64,000 nucleotides of DNA, from NCBI GenBank assembly GCA_965203975.1, contig CBDBDT010000001.1, positions 56,675 through 120,674 of the forward strand, read 5' to 3'. Shown here piece by piece: positions 1 through 7,833 of the stretch (position 1 is its first letter; every line of letters begins with the position of its first letter). The DNA is from Dehalococcoidia bacterium (GTDB taxonomy: Bacteria; Chloroflexota; Dehalococcoidia; Lucifugimonadales; UBA3495). A program made the translations under genes and the position numbers. The notes beneath the pieces were generated by a model that saw nothing but the letters and a program-made list of their open reading frames with translations, ran no database searches and was not told the DNA's origin.

Positions 1-27
1 TCGCTCCAACCATCGCCTGTTCTCCAG

Positions 28-1353
28 TTAGCTTCTGCCTTCACTACTGCCGCCGCCGGTGGACGCGGCCAGAGCTTCTTCCCGCTGGGTGAGAAGCTGG
101 TCTACCCTGCGGACTTGGGGATTGAGGAGGGCCGGGCCGACGGCGAAGGCGGCGACGGCCAGTCCGCCGATGGCCACGGCGACGGGCGCTCCCAGGACGC
201 TGGCGATGGCGCCGGACTGGAGGCCTCCCAGAGGCATCACGCTCCAGGTCATTCCGAAGAATCCCATGACCCGGCCGCGCATCCGGTCGGGGACCAGGCT
301 GTGGAGAAGTCCCTGGACGTTGACCATGTAGAGGGAGTTGGCGAATCCGGCAAGGAACAGGATGGCGAGGGCCAGGGGGAACCATCCAAGGTATTGGGAG
401 GTGACGGCGAAGGTGGCGATGAGCCCTCCGAAGAGAACGGCCCCGCCGATCATCAGGAAGCCCTGGTGGGAGACCCGGGTGCGGGAGCCGAACCAGAGGG
501 AGGTTGCTAGGGCCGAGACCCCGCTGACGCTGACCAGCAGGCCCTGTCCTTCGGCGCCAACCTGGAGCACGTCCACGGCGAAGATGGGCATCAGGATGAT
601 GTAGCTCATTCCGAAGAAGCTGTTGACGAAGGTCATTCCGATGAGGAAGGCGAAGACTCGGTTGCTCCAGATGAACCCCAGCCCCTCCAGCATTCCCCGG
701 GCGGCGCTGGACCGGGGCGCGTCGGCGACGGGCGGGACGCGGAGGAAGAAGATGACCAGGGCCATCAGCGCGGAACATACCGAGGCCCCGTAGAAGGCTG
801 TTGATGTTCCAACCAGGGCGATGGTTACTCCTGCCAGGGCGGGGGCGACGATGCGGGTGCCCTGCCAGATGGATGAGTTGAGAGCGATGGCGCTCACCAG
901 GACGCGCCGGTCAATGAGGCGGGGGTAAAGGGACTGTCGGGCCGGCTGGTTGAAGGCTTCGACGGCTCCGACGGAAAAGGCGATGGCGAAAATGTGCCAC
1001 GGGCGTACCAGGCCGAGCAGGGTCAGGCTGGCCAGCAAGCCGATGAGGGATGCGGTGATCAGCTGGGTGACGATGATGAGGCGGCGCTGGTCCAGGCGGT
1101 CGGCGTAAACTCCCCCGAAGAGGTTGAGGACGATGCCAGGGATGGCGTTGGCCAGTCCGACGTAGCCGAGGGACAGGGGGGAGCCGGTGAGCTGGTACAT
1201 CAGCCAAAGCTGGCTGAATTGGAAGACCTGGTATCCGGTGACCGAGGAGAGCATACCGAGCCAGAAGTACCGGAAGGAGCGGTACCGCAGGGCAGGTGGG
1301 GTGGCGGCGCGGAGCCGGGCCAACGGGGACGGCGCTCCCGTATCAGGAGTCAA
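28..1353 (-). CDS. MFS transporter (DHA3/EntS-like)
   Basis: About 12 hydrophobic segments, motif A GGVYADRLDQRR, and PDRMRGRV in the C-terminal half. Confidence 0.9.
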   Translation of the reverse strand: MTPDTGAPSPLARLRAATPPALRYRSFRYFWLGMLSSVTGYQVFQFSQLWLMYQLTGSPLSLGYVGLANAIPGIVLNLFGGVYADRLDQRRLIIVTQLITASLIGLLASLTLLGLVRPWHIFAIAFSVGAVEAFNQPARQSLYPRLIDRRVLVSAIALNSSIWQGTRIVAPALAGVTIALVGTSTAFYGASVCSALMALVIFFLRVPPVADAPRSSAARGMLEGLGFIWSNRVFAFLIGMTFVNSFFGMSYIILMPIFAVDVLQVGAEGQGLLVSVSGVSALATSLWFGSRTRVSHQGFLMIGGAVLFGGLIATFAVTSQYLGWFPLALAILFLAGFANSLYMVNVQGLLHSLVPDRMRGRVMGFFGMTWSVMPLGGLQSGAIASVLGAPVAVAIGGLAVAAFAVGPALLNPQVRRVDQLLTQREEALAASTGGGSSEGRS

Positions 1354-1420
1354 GGCGTTCTCTCAACGGCCGGGCGCGGACCGCCTCTGGCGCCGGTTCG
1401 AAGGTGTTCGGCGGGCCGGG

Positions 1421-2347
1421 TCACTTGTGGAAGGCGGGAAGGACTTCCTGGCCCATGATCTCGAGCTGCTCCATGGACTCGTCGCCAGCGCAAAGGGGTC
1501 GGACGGCGAACTTGGAGGCACCGGCGTCGATATATTGCTGGATCAGCTCTCCCACCTGCTCGGTGGTGCCCAGGGCGGTGAACTCGGTGAAGTGGGCGTC
1601 GGGACGGTGGCGGGTGACGAACTGGTGGGCCTTGGTGGCCGCCTGCTCGTAGTCATCGGAGACGTAGTAGCCGAGAAGAACGCCGATGTGGTCCTCCTCG
1701 ATTTCCCGCTGGCACTGGTCGGCGGTGTCAAAAACGATGTCCTTCCCCTCGCCAACCTCGGACGGAGTGGCGCTGGAAACGAGCCATCCATCGCCGACAC
1801 GGCCCACGCGGCGGGCGGCGGCGGGGCTGCGTCCGCCGATCCATACCGGGGGCGAGGGCTGGAAGACGGGCTTGGGGGTGATGCTGACGTCGTGGCAGGT
1901 GAAGAAGTCGCCTTCGTGGGTCACTTTCTCCTCCTCCCACAGGCGTCGCATGAGGACGATGGCCTCGTCGGTGCGCCGGGCGCGGTCCCCCTTGGGAACG
2001 CCGCAGGCCTCGTATTCTTCCGGTTCCTCCTGGCCTAGGCCAACGGCGGGGAAGAAACGTCCCTGGGAAAGGTAGTCCAGGGTGGCGATTTGCTTGGCCA
2101 GGACCACCGGGTTACGCAGGGGAAGGGCCAGCACGCTGGTGCCGAACTTCATCCGGTCGGAGTAGGCGGCGACCATGGAGAGGGCGACTATGGGCTCCAG
2201 GCTGAAGCGGTCGGAGACGATGCGGTCGCTGAGCCAGATGGAGTCATAGCCGTATTTGTCGCCGACTTCGACGAGCTCCTTGAGGAAGTTGGGGTTGTCA
2301 CCACCCTGGCCGAATGCCCCGGGAACATATCCGATGGCGATACTCAT
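1421..2347 (-). CDS. LLM-class flavin-dependent oxidoreductase
   Basis: GYDSIWLSDR, RNPVVLAKQIATLDYLSQGR, PPVWIGG motifs. Confidence 0.9.
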   Translation of the reverse strand: MSIAIGYVPGAFGQGGDNPNFLKELVEVGDKYGYDSIWLSDRIVSDRFSLEPIVALSMVAAYSDRMKFGTSVLALPLRNPVVLAKQIATLDYLSQGRFFPAVGLGQEEPEEYEACGVPKGDRARRTDEAIVLMRRLWEEEKVTHEGDFFTCHDVSITPKPVFQPSPPVWIGGRSPAAARRVGRVGDGWLVSSATPSEVGEGKDIVFDTADQCQREIEEDHIGVLLGYYVSDDYEQAATKAHQFVTRHRPDAHFTEFTALGTTEQVGELIQQYIDAGASKFAVRPLCAGDESMEQLEIMGQEVLPAFHK

Positions 2348-2518
2348 GATTCCCCCCTGGACTCAGGACGTTGGACGCGCTGGGGGCATTATAACGCAAG
2401 GGGGAAGGCATAAACCCCGATGATATAATCTCCTCCGAAAAGTTGGCGACGGGCTCCACCTGCCAATGTGGCTTGGTTTGATTGCCGTTCCAAGCGATAG
2501 CGGGGGCCAAGAGGTATC

Positions 2519-2956
2519 GTGGGGAATTGGCTTCAGTTTAGTCTTCTGGCAGTTTGCATCCTCACCGCAGGCGGCGTTGTTGCCCTCACCGTGTTCAGGG
2601 ACCCGACGGCGCTCGAGTTGGGGCTGCTTCAACTGGTGATATTGGCAACAGGACTGTTGGGATCCTATATTTTCGGCAGGAATTCTGCCCGGGCTGGGGC
2701 GATGGAGGTCATCAAACCGCACGCACGATCAGCTTTCCGGAGGGTTACGGCCCTTTATAATAGCTTGTACCGGCTGTCCGACAGGATCGAAGAACTAAAG
2801 ACGGACGGTCCGGACAACCGATTGGACCTAATCCAAGCCCTAGTTAACGAGCAAATCGCGACAGGGCAGGACGCGATGGAAGATTGGCGGGACATTGTGC
2901 CGGAAGAAGTCGAGCAGATCGAAAGGAGGGTGGCGGAATATGACCAGTCTCGTTGA
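2519..2956 (+). CDS. Hypothetical membrane protein (2 TM plus helical domain)
   Basis: Clean 145-aa ORF with two N-terminal TM helices, lower GC, overlaps the next gene. Confidence 0.65.
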   Translation: MGNWLQFSLLAVCILTAGGVVALTVFRDPTALELGLLQLVILATGLLGSYIFGRNSARAGAMEVIKPHARSAFRRVTALYNSLYRLSDRIEELKTDGPDNRLDLIQALVNEQIATGQDAMEDWRDIVPEEVEQIERRVAEYDQSR

Positions 2957-3422
2957 GCGAATTCGAGGTAAGGTTGCTCGTGTCCTTAGTGATCGCGATG
3001 TTGCCCTCAACAAAGGTTCGCTGGATGGGGTTAAAGTGGGCATGGTGTTCAAGATACTTGGGGTGACGGAGTCGACTATCAACGACCCTGACACTGGGGA
3101 ACACATTGGTACAGCGGAGCTAGAATTCGAAAAAACTGCTGTAAAAGTTACGTCCGTTCAAGAGCGTCTTAGCATCGCTTCTACTTTCCGAACGCGGAAA
3201 ATTAACGTTGGGGGCACTGGGCTGGGAATACTCGCTAGTCATGTCTTCCAGCCTCCCAAATGGGAAACTCAAGTTGAAACTTTTCAAACCGATGAGCCCA
3301 TTGACGAAGCTTTCGATCGCGACGTTTTTGTCAAGATCGGGGATGTTGTTGTTCAGGATACTGAAGCCAGTGCCCCTTTAGAAGCCACCGAAGAAAAACC
3401 GACACCATCGTCTCCAAAGTAA
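2940..3422 (+). CDS. Hypothetical protein, FlgT C-terminal-like beta-barrel
   Basis: ATG at 2940 with GGAGG upstream; LNKGSLDGVKVGMVF...DPDTGEHIG pattern. Confidence 0.6.
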   Translation: MTSLVERIRGKVARVLSDRDVALNKGSLDGVKVGMVFKILGVTESTINDPDTGEHIGTAELEFEKTAVKVTSVQERLSIASTFRTRKINVGGTGLGILASHVFQPPKWETQVETFQTDEPIDEAFDRDVFVKIGDVVVQDTEASAPLEATEEKPTPSSPK

Positions 3423-3438
3423 TTGACAACATGGCCGT

Positions 3439-4380
3439 TCAGCTGAGGATAGGCTCTATACCCGCTTCGCGGCGGGCGTCGTTGATGTGCTCCAGGACGC
3501 GGACCCGGAGGGGCGGCATTTCGTAGCCGATGTCGGCGAGCATTCGGCTGTTGTCAACGAGGTAAACGTGGGGGACGGGACGGTCTCCGGTGGTAATCCG
3601 GGCGTCGGGGAGGAACTCGCGGACGGTGTCGGCCATGTCCTGGATGGTGGCCAGGTGGCCGCCGCTGATGTAGACGTTGTGTTGCAGGTCCTCCTTGAGG
3701 GCGGCTTCCACGAAGATTTCGGCGGCGTCCTCGGCGTGGATCATGGGCGAGGCTTCCATTGGGTCGAAGGCCATGGATACGGGCTGACCGATGGCGGGCA
3801 GGGAGACCATGAGTCCGCCTATCATGCCGGTCATGCCGGTGACGCGCCCGTGTCCGAAAACGGTGCAGATGCGGATTCCCCGAATGTCTAGCCCGTAGTT
3901 GTCCCGGTATTTGCCGGCGGCGAAGTCGTTGGCCGCCTTGGTCATGCCGTACATGTTTATTGGGGCGGCCAGGTCGTCCTCGTTGATGGGACGATCTCCG
4001 AAGGTGTCCTGGACCCCGTAGACGGCGATGGAGCTGGCGTAGACCACCCGCTGGATGCCGGTCCAGCGGGCGACCTCGAAGACGTTGTTGGTGCCCTGGA
4101 TGTTGACCAGCATTCCCAAGTGGGGCCGGTCCTCGGTGTCGGGCGGCAGGAGGGCGGCCATGTGGATTATCCGATGGACTCCGTGGGTGTGGCAGGCTTC
4201 CAGCAACTGGGGCACCTGGGTCACGTCGCCCCGGTAAATCTTGATCCGGTCCAGGTATGGCTCCAGGTTGGCCCGGGGCGGAGCGAGATCGAAGCAGACG
4301 ACCTCCTCACCACGCTCGACCAGCTTGCGGATGATGCGGTTGCCGATGAATCCGGTGCCGCCGGTTACCAAAACGGACAT
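3439..4380 (-). CDS. NAD-dependent epimerase/dehydratase
   Basis: VLVTGGTGFIG Rossmann motif, YGMTK (YxxxK); start at MSVLV with AGGAGG SD. Confidence 0.9.
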   Translation of the reverse strand: MSVLVTGGTGFIGNRIIRKLVERGEEVVCFDLAPPRANLEPYLDRIKIYRGDVTQVPQLLEACHTHGVHRIIHMAALLPPDTEDRPHLGMLVNIQGTNNVFEVARWTGIQRVVYASSIAVYGVQDTFGDRPINEDDLAAPINMYGMTKAANDFAAGKYRDNYGLDIRGIRICTVFGHGRVTGMTGMIGGLMVSLPAIGQPVSMAFDPMEASPMIHAEDAAEIFVEAALKEDLQHNVYISGGHLATIQDMADTVREFLPDARITTGDRPVPHVYLVDNSRMLADIGYEMPPLRVRVLEHINDARREAGIEPILS

Positions 4381-4406
4381 TGGGGGCCTCCTGGGAGTTG
4401 GAGATG

Positions 4407-4585
4407 TGCGACAAAGTACGACATTTTGGGATATTCGTGCGTGAGGACGCCCGAGGGTTGGCCGTAAACTTTCACCCAAATGTCCGGTTTCGTCGCTGGG
4501 ATGTCCTGGTTTTGTCGCGGTTTGTCACATAGGGTCTGGACAGGGAAAGGACGGCGGAGAAAAAATTCTGTCCCATTTTGTACTA
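4407..4585. repeat. Phased TGNNNCA-heptamer element, copy A
   Basis: Heptamers at 4407/4417/4427, 4481/4491/4502/4513/4523 and 4569/4579. Confidence 0.55.
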
Positions 4586-4851
4586 TTCGCGGCGGAGAGG
4601 GCCGGACCAACGGAATTTGATGCCTTCCCGGGATCTTCCGCCTTACTATGGTAGCCGGGAGATGTCCGACTTGGGAAGGGCCAAGTGTCAGCAGGCCAGG
4701 GCGATGGCAGTTGAATCTCTAAAGCTTGAATCCCTGAAGCTCGCTTGACGCCGACGATGCACCGGCCTACTCGAACAATCGAGGGATGGACAGGTATGGT
4801 CCTATCGTAATTCAAAGGTTGTCGATGGAAGTTATATGCACCAAGATGCGG

Positions 4852-4889
4852 CACCACCATGTTGGTGAAACAGCACCAACATGGTGGTG
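4852..4889. repeat. Perfect 16-bp inverted repeat with 6-nt loop
   Basis: caccaccatgttggtg-aaacag-caccaacatggtggtg. Confidence 0.85.
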
Positions 4890-4930
4890 TCTTCCACATG
4901 CGGCAGCCCTGGAACGGGCGCTGAATTTTA

Positions 4931-4959
4931 TTGACGCTGCAACCCGCTTGTGCTAATCT
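4931..4959 (+). promoter_or_regulatory. Sigma70-type promoter of the heme operon
   Basis: TTGACG-N17-TAATCT with extended TGn. Confidence 0.7.
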
Positions 4960-4990
4960 CTTGTGGGCCTGAAAAACGGCCCCATTTGCT

Positions 4991-5020
4991 CAGGTTTTTG
5001 TAGGTTTTGACAGATTTTTC
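4991..5020 (+). promoter_or_regulatory. Three tandem 10-bp direct repeats, putative operator
   Basis: caggtttttg/taggttttga/cagatttttc immediately upstream of the BldC-like HTH gene. Confidence 0.6.
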
Positions 5021-5034
5021 CAGCGTGATGCCGG

Positions 5035-5712
5035 ATGGTTGACCTCCAACCCACCGACCAGGGCCAGTGGCTTTCCCTGGGAGAGGCGTGCCGTCTCCTC
5101 CAGGTGAAGGAGGCTACGCTGCGGCATTGGGCCGACCTGGGACATCTGCGGGTCTACCGGACGCCCGGAGGGCACCGCCGATTTTCCAGGGAGGACGTGC
5201 TCAGCCTCACCCAGCCGGCGGCCGTTCCGGCGGAGGCCGAGTCGAGGGAGCGGCTGGAGGGTTCCACCCTGCGGAGGATCCGCCGGCGCCTGGGGCACGA
5301 GGATGTGGCCCGGCAATCGTGGTTCCAGAGCGTGGAGGAAGAAGGTCGCGACCGGATGCGGCTATTCGGGCGCCGTTTGCTCTCGTTGCTGCTGCAGGAA
5401 TCCCAACCTCGGCGGCGGCGACAGGAAACCCTGGAGGAAGCCCTGATGCTGGGGCACGAGTACGGCGCCGAAATGGCCGACCGCCATACCCCGTTGAAAG
5501 ATACGATTGAGGCATTCGTTTTCTTCCGCACCATGGTGCTGGATTCGGGCAACGGCGCGTCCTGGCCCCAGGTGCTGGAAACGTCGGACCGGGTGTTGGT
5601 GGGAATCGTGGAATCCTACGAGAAACGGCTGAATCGGAACGGTGGGGATTCTGTTCCCGCCCGGGGCGGGGCAAACGCCCGGCACGGAGCCGCCGAGCAA
5701 CCCCTTGACTAG
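5035..5712 (+). CDS. BldC/MerR-like (excisionase-type) HTH regulator with helical C-terminal domain
   Basis: LSLGEACRLLQV...TLRHWADLGHL...RTPGGHRRF is similar to the BldC winged HTH. Confidence 0.8.
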   Translation: MVDLQPTDQGQWLSLGEACRLLQVKEATLRHWADLGHLRVYRTPGGHRRFSREDVLSLTQPAAVPAEAESRERLEGSTLRRIRRRLGHEDVARQSWFQSVEEEGRDRMRLFGRRLLSLLLQESQPRRRRQETLEEALMLGHEYGAEMADRHTPLKDTIEAFVFFRTMVLDSGNGASWPQVLETSDRVLVGIVESYEKRLNRNGGDSVPARGGANARHGAAEQPLD

Positions 5713-5750
5713 TTACCTTGTAAACAGGCTGCGGAGGCGGCGACCCTTAA
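5684..5750 (+). ncRNA. Candidate novel cis-regulatory RNA motif, copy 1 (ahbAB leader)
   Basis: 57/67 ungapped identity to 51901-51967(-); GCCGCC/GGCGGC closing stem. Confidence 0.65.
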
Positions 5751-5771
5751 ATCCAACGGAGACAGACTGAG

Positions 5772-6839
5772 ATGGACCTGGCTGACCGCAATCTACTGAA
5801 CATCATCCAGAGCCGGTTCCCCTTGGCCGATGAGCCCTACCGGGCAATCGGGGAAGAATTGGGAATTGGCGGGGACGAGGTCATATCCCGGCTGGCGGAG
5901 CTGAAGCGGCAGAACGTGGTGCGTCAGATCAGCGCCATCTTCGACACGCGGCGGCTGGGATACAAGACGACGCTGGTCGCCTTCGCCTACGAACCGGAGA
6001 AGCTGCACGACGGGGCGATATTCATCAACCGCCATCCCGGGGTGAGCCATAACTATGCCCGGGAAGGGTCCTACTACAACCTGTGGTTCACCATCGCCGT
6101 GCCTCCCGACGGGGACCTGGAAGCGACGATAGTGTGGATGGCGGAGCAGACCGGGGCGCAGAACTACCGGATCATGCCGACGATCCGCTTCTTCAAAATC
6201 GGCGTCAACTTCGACATGGTGAACCGGAAGAGCTCGGCCCACAACTACAATCCCGATGCCGCCCCGGGGGAACAGGCGCAGCGGGCGCCGGCCCCGGACT
6301 GGAACCAGGCGGTGCCGGTGGCCGAAGAGGAGAAGGCGGCAATCCGGGAGCTACAGGAGGACCTGGAACTGGTGAGCCGTCCCTTCGACGCCATGTCGGA
6401 GCGGCTGGGAATGACCAACTCCGAGCTGTTCGCCCTGGCGGCGGAGTTCCAGGAAAGGAAGATCATGCGGCGGTTCAGCGCGGTGCTGCACCACCGCCGG
6501 TCCGGTTTCCGGGCCAACGCGATGATTGTCTGGAAGGTGCCGAAGGAACGATACGAAGAAGTCGGGATGATCATGGCCGAACATTCGGCGGTGACCCACT
6601 GCTACCAGCGTCCGACATTCCCGGACTGGCCCTACACCCATTTCACCATGGTCCACGCCACGACCCCCGAAGGTTGCGAGGAGATATCCGAGGAGATCAG
6701 CAGGGCGACCGGGGTCACGGACAACCTGATGCTTTACAGCACCCGGGAGTACAAGAAGACCCGGGTGAAGTATTTCGTCGAGGACTACGAGGAGTTCTGG
6801 GAAAACGAGCAGGCGGAGCTGGCCGCCGTCGACGACTAG
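5772..6839 (+). CDS. ahbAB: Siroheme decarboxylase, fused AhbA-AhbB (NirDL-like)
   Basis: Two AsnC-like halves with HPGVSHNYAR and VTHCYQRP; located in the heme operon. Confidence 0.85.
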   Translation: MDLADRNLLNIIQSRFPLADEPYRAIGEELGIGGDEVISRLAELKRQNVVRQISAIFDTRRLGYKTTLVAFAYEPEKLHDGAIFINRHPGVSHNYAREGSYYNLWFTIAVPPDGDLEATIVWMAEQTGAQNYRIMPTIRFFKIGVNFDMVNRKSSAHNYNPDAAPGEQAQRAPAPDWNQAVPVAEEEKAAIRELQEDLELVSRPFDAMSERLGMTNSELFALAAEFQERKIMRRFSAVLHHRRSGFRANAMIVWKVPKERYEEVGMIMAEHSAVTHCYQRPTFPDWPYTHFTMVHATTPEGCEEISEEISRATGVTDNLMLYSTREYKKTRVKYFVEDYEEFWENEQAELAAVDD

Positions 6840-6891
6840 GCGTCCGCCCCGCGATTCGTGGCCAGGACTATCAGACCAGGATTAACCCGCA

Positions 6892-7044
6892 ATGAAGGGT
6901 CAACGAGCTTACAGCGGCGTGGAACGGAAGCGAAAGGTCCGCACCTGGAAACGGGCCAACCGCGGTAGGGTCGGGCGCAAGACGGCCACCGCCGCACGGA
7001 ACCGCCTGCGCGCTCTGCGGATGCGGGGAGAGGTGCCCCGCTAA
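6892..7044 (+). CDS. Small basic protein, 50 aa, bL34-like; not in the ORF track
   Basis: MKGQRAYSGVERKRKVRTWKRANRGRVGRKTATAARNRLRALRMRGEVPR*, AGGA upstream, GC3-rich codons. Confidence 0.65.
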   Translation: MKGQRAYSGVERKRKVRTWKRANRGRVGRKTATAARNRLRALRMRGEVPR

Positions 7045-7113
7045 CCCGCCCGGGGAACGCAAAACCAGGATTCCAGAACAAGAGACCGAAGGAGTAACCA
7101 ACCAAAGGACACC

Positions 7114-7833
7114 ATGCCTGAGTACTATCCTGTTTACCTGAACCTGGCCGGCAAGCGCTGCGTGATTTTCGGGGGCGGCCGGATCGCCCAGGGGAAAATC
7201 GCAGCCCTGCGCGACGCCGGCGCCAGCATAATCGTAGTCAGTCCCGACGCGACGCCGGGCATCCAGCGGGCCGCCCAGAGGGGCGACGTGGAGTGGATCA
7301 CCCGCAAGTATGAACCCGGCGACCTGGAAGGGTCGTTCATCGCCGTGGCGGCGACCAATGTCTGGTACGTCAACCGGGAAATCTACGAGGAAGCGGAGCG
7401 GCTGGGAGTGCTGCTCAATGTGGTGGACGATCCCGACCTTTGCACCTTCATCGCTCCGTCCATAGTGAAGCGGGACCCGGTGACGCTGGCGATTTCCACG
7501 GGAGGGGCCAGCCCGGCCCTGGCCCGTAAGATGAGGGAAACCCTGGCGGATGACGCCAACCTGCGGTGGGCAGACCTGGCGCCGGTGCTGGCCGAGGCGC
7601 GGAAGGAAATCAAGGAGAAGCGCGTCGTCATAGATCCGGACCGTTGGCAGTGCTGCATCACTGAGGAACTGCTGGAGATGGTCCAGGGCGGGCGGGCGCA
7701 GGATGCGCTGGAGCAACTGCTGACACGGCTGATGGACAACAGGCAGGCTGAGCTCTGCCCGGACCTGTCCCAATGCAATGGGGAAGGATGCTCGGTGCGC
7801 CCCCGAGGACGGGTCAAGGAGACGGTGAGTTGA
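7114..7833 (+). CDS. Precorrin-2 dehydrogenase/sirohydrochlorin ferrochelatase (CysG N-terminal/SirC/Met8)
   Basis: YYPVYLNLAGKRCVIFGGG, NVVDDPDLCTF, AISTGGASPALA. Confidence 0.9.
   Translation: MPEYYPVYLNLAGKRCVIFGGGRIAQGKIAALRDAGASIIVVSPDATPGIQRAAQRGDVEWITRKYEPGDLEGSFIAVAATNVWYVNREIYEEAERLGVLLNVVDDPDLCTFIAPSIVKRDPVTLAISTGGASPALARKMRETLADDANLRWADLAPVLAEARKEIKEKRVVIDPDRWQCCITEELLEMVQGGRAQDALEQLLTRLMDNRQAELCPDLSQCNGEGCSVRPRGRVKETVS

Noticed and set aside
6996-7030. Apparent fourth copy of the leader motif (acggaaccgcc...ctgcggatgcggggag) and GNRA hairpins in 6900-7000
   Set aside because: It lacks the central conserved block and lies within the 50-aa ORF, which explains the sequence better.
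7083-7100. Glycine-riboswitch-like ccgaaggagta (also near 29465)
   Set aside because: No GGAGA or CTCTCAGG elements; more likely a purine-rich SD-like tract.
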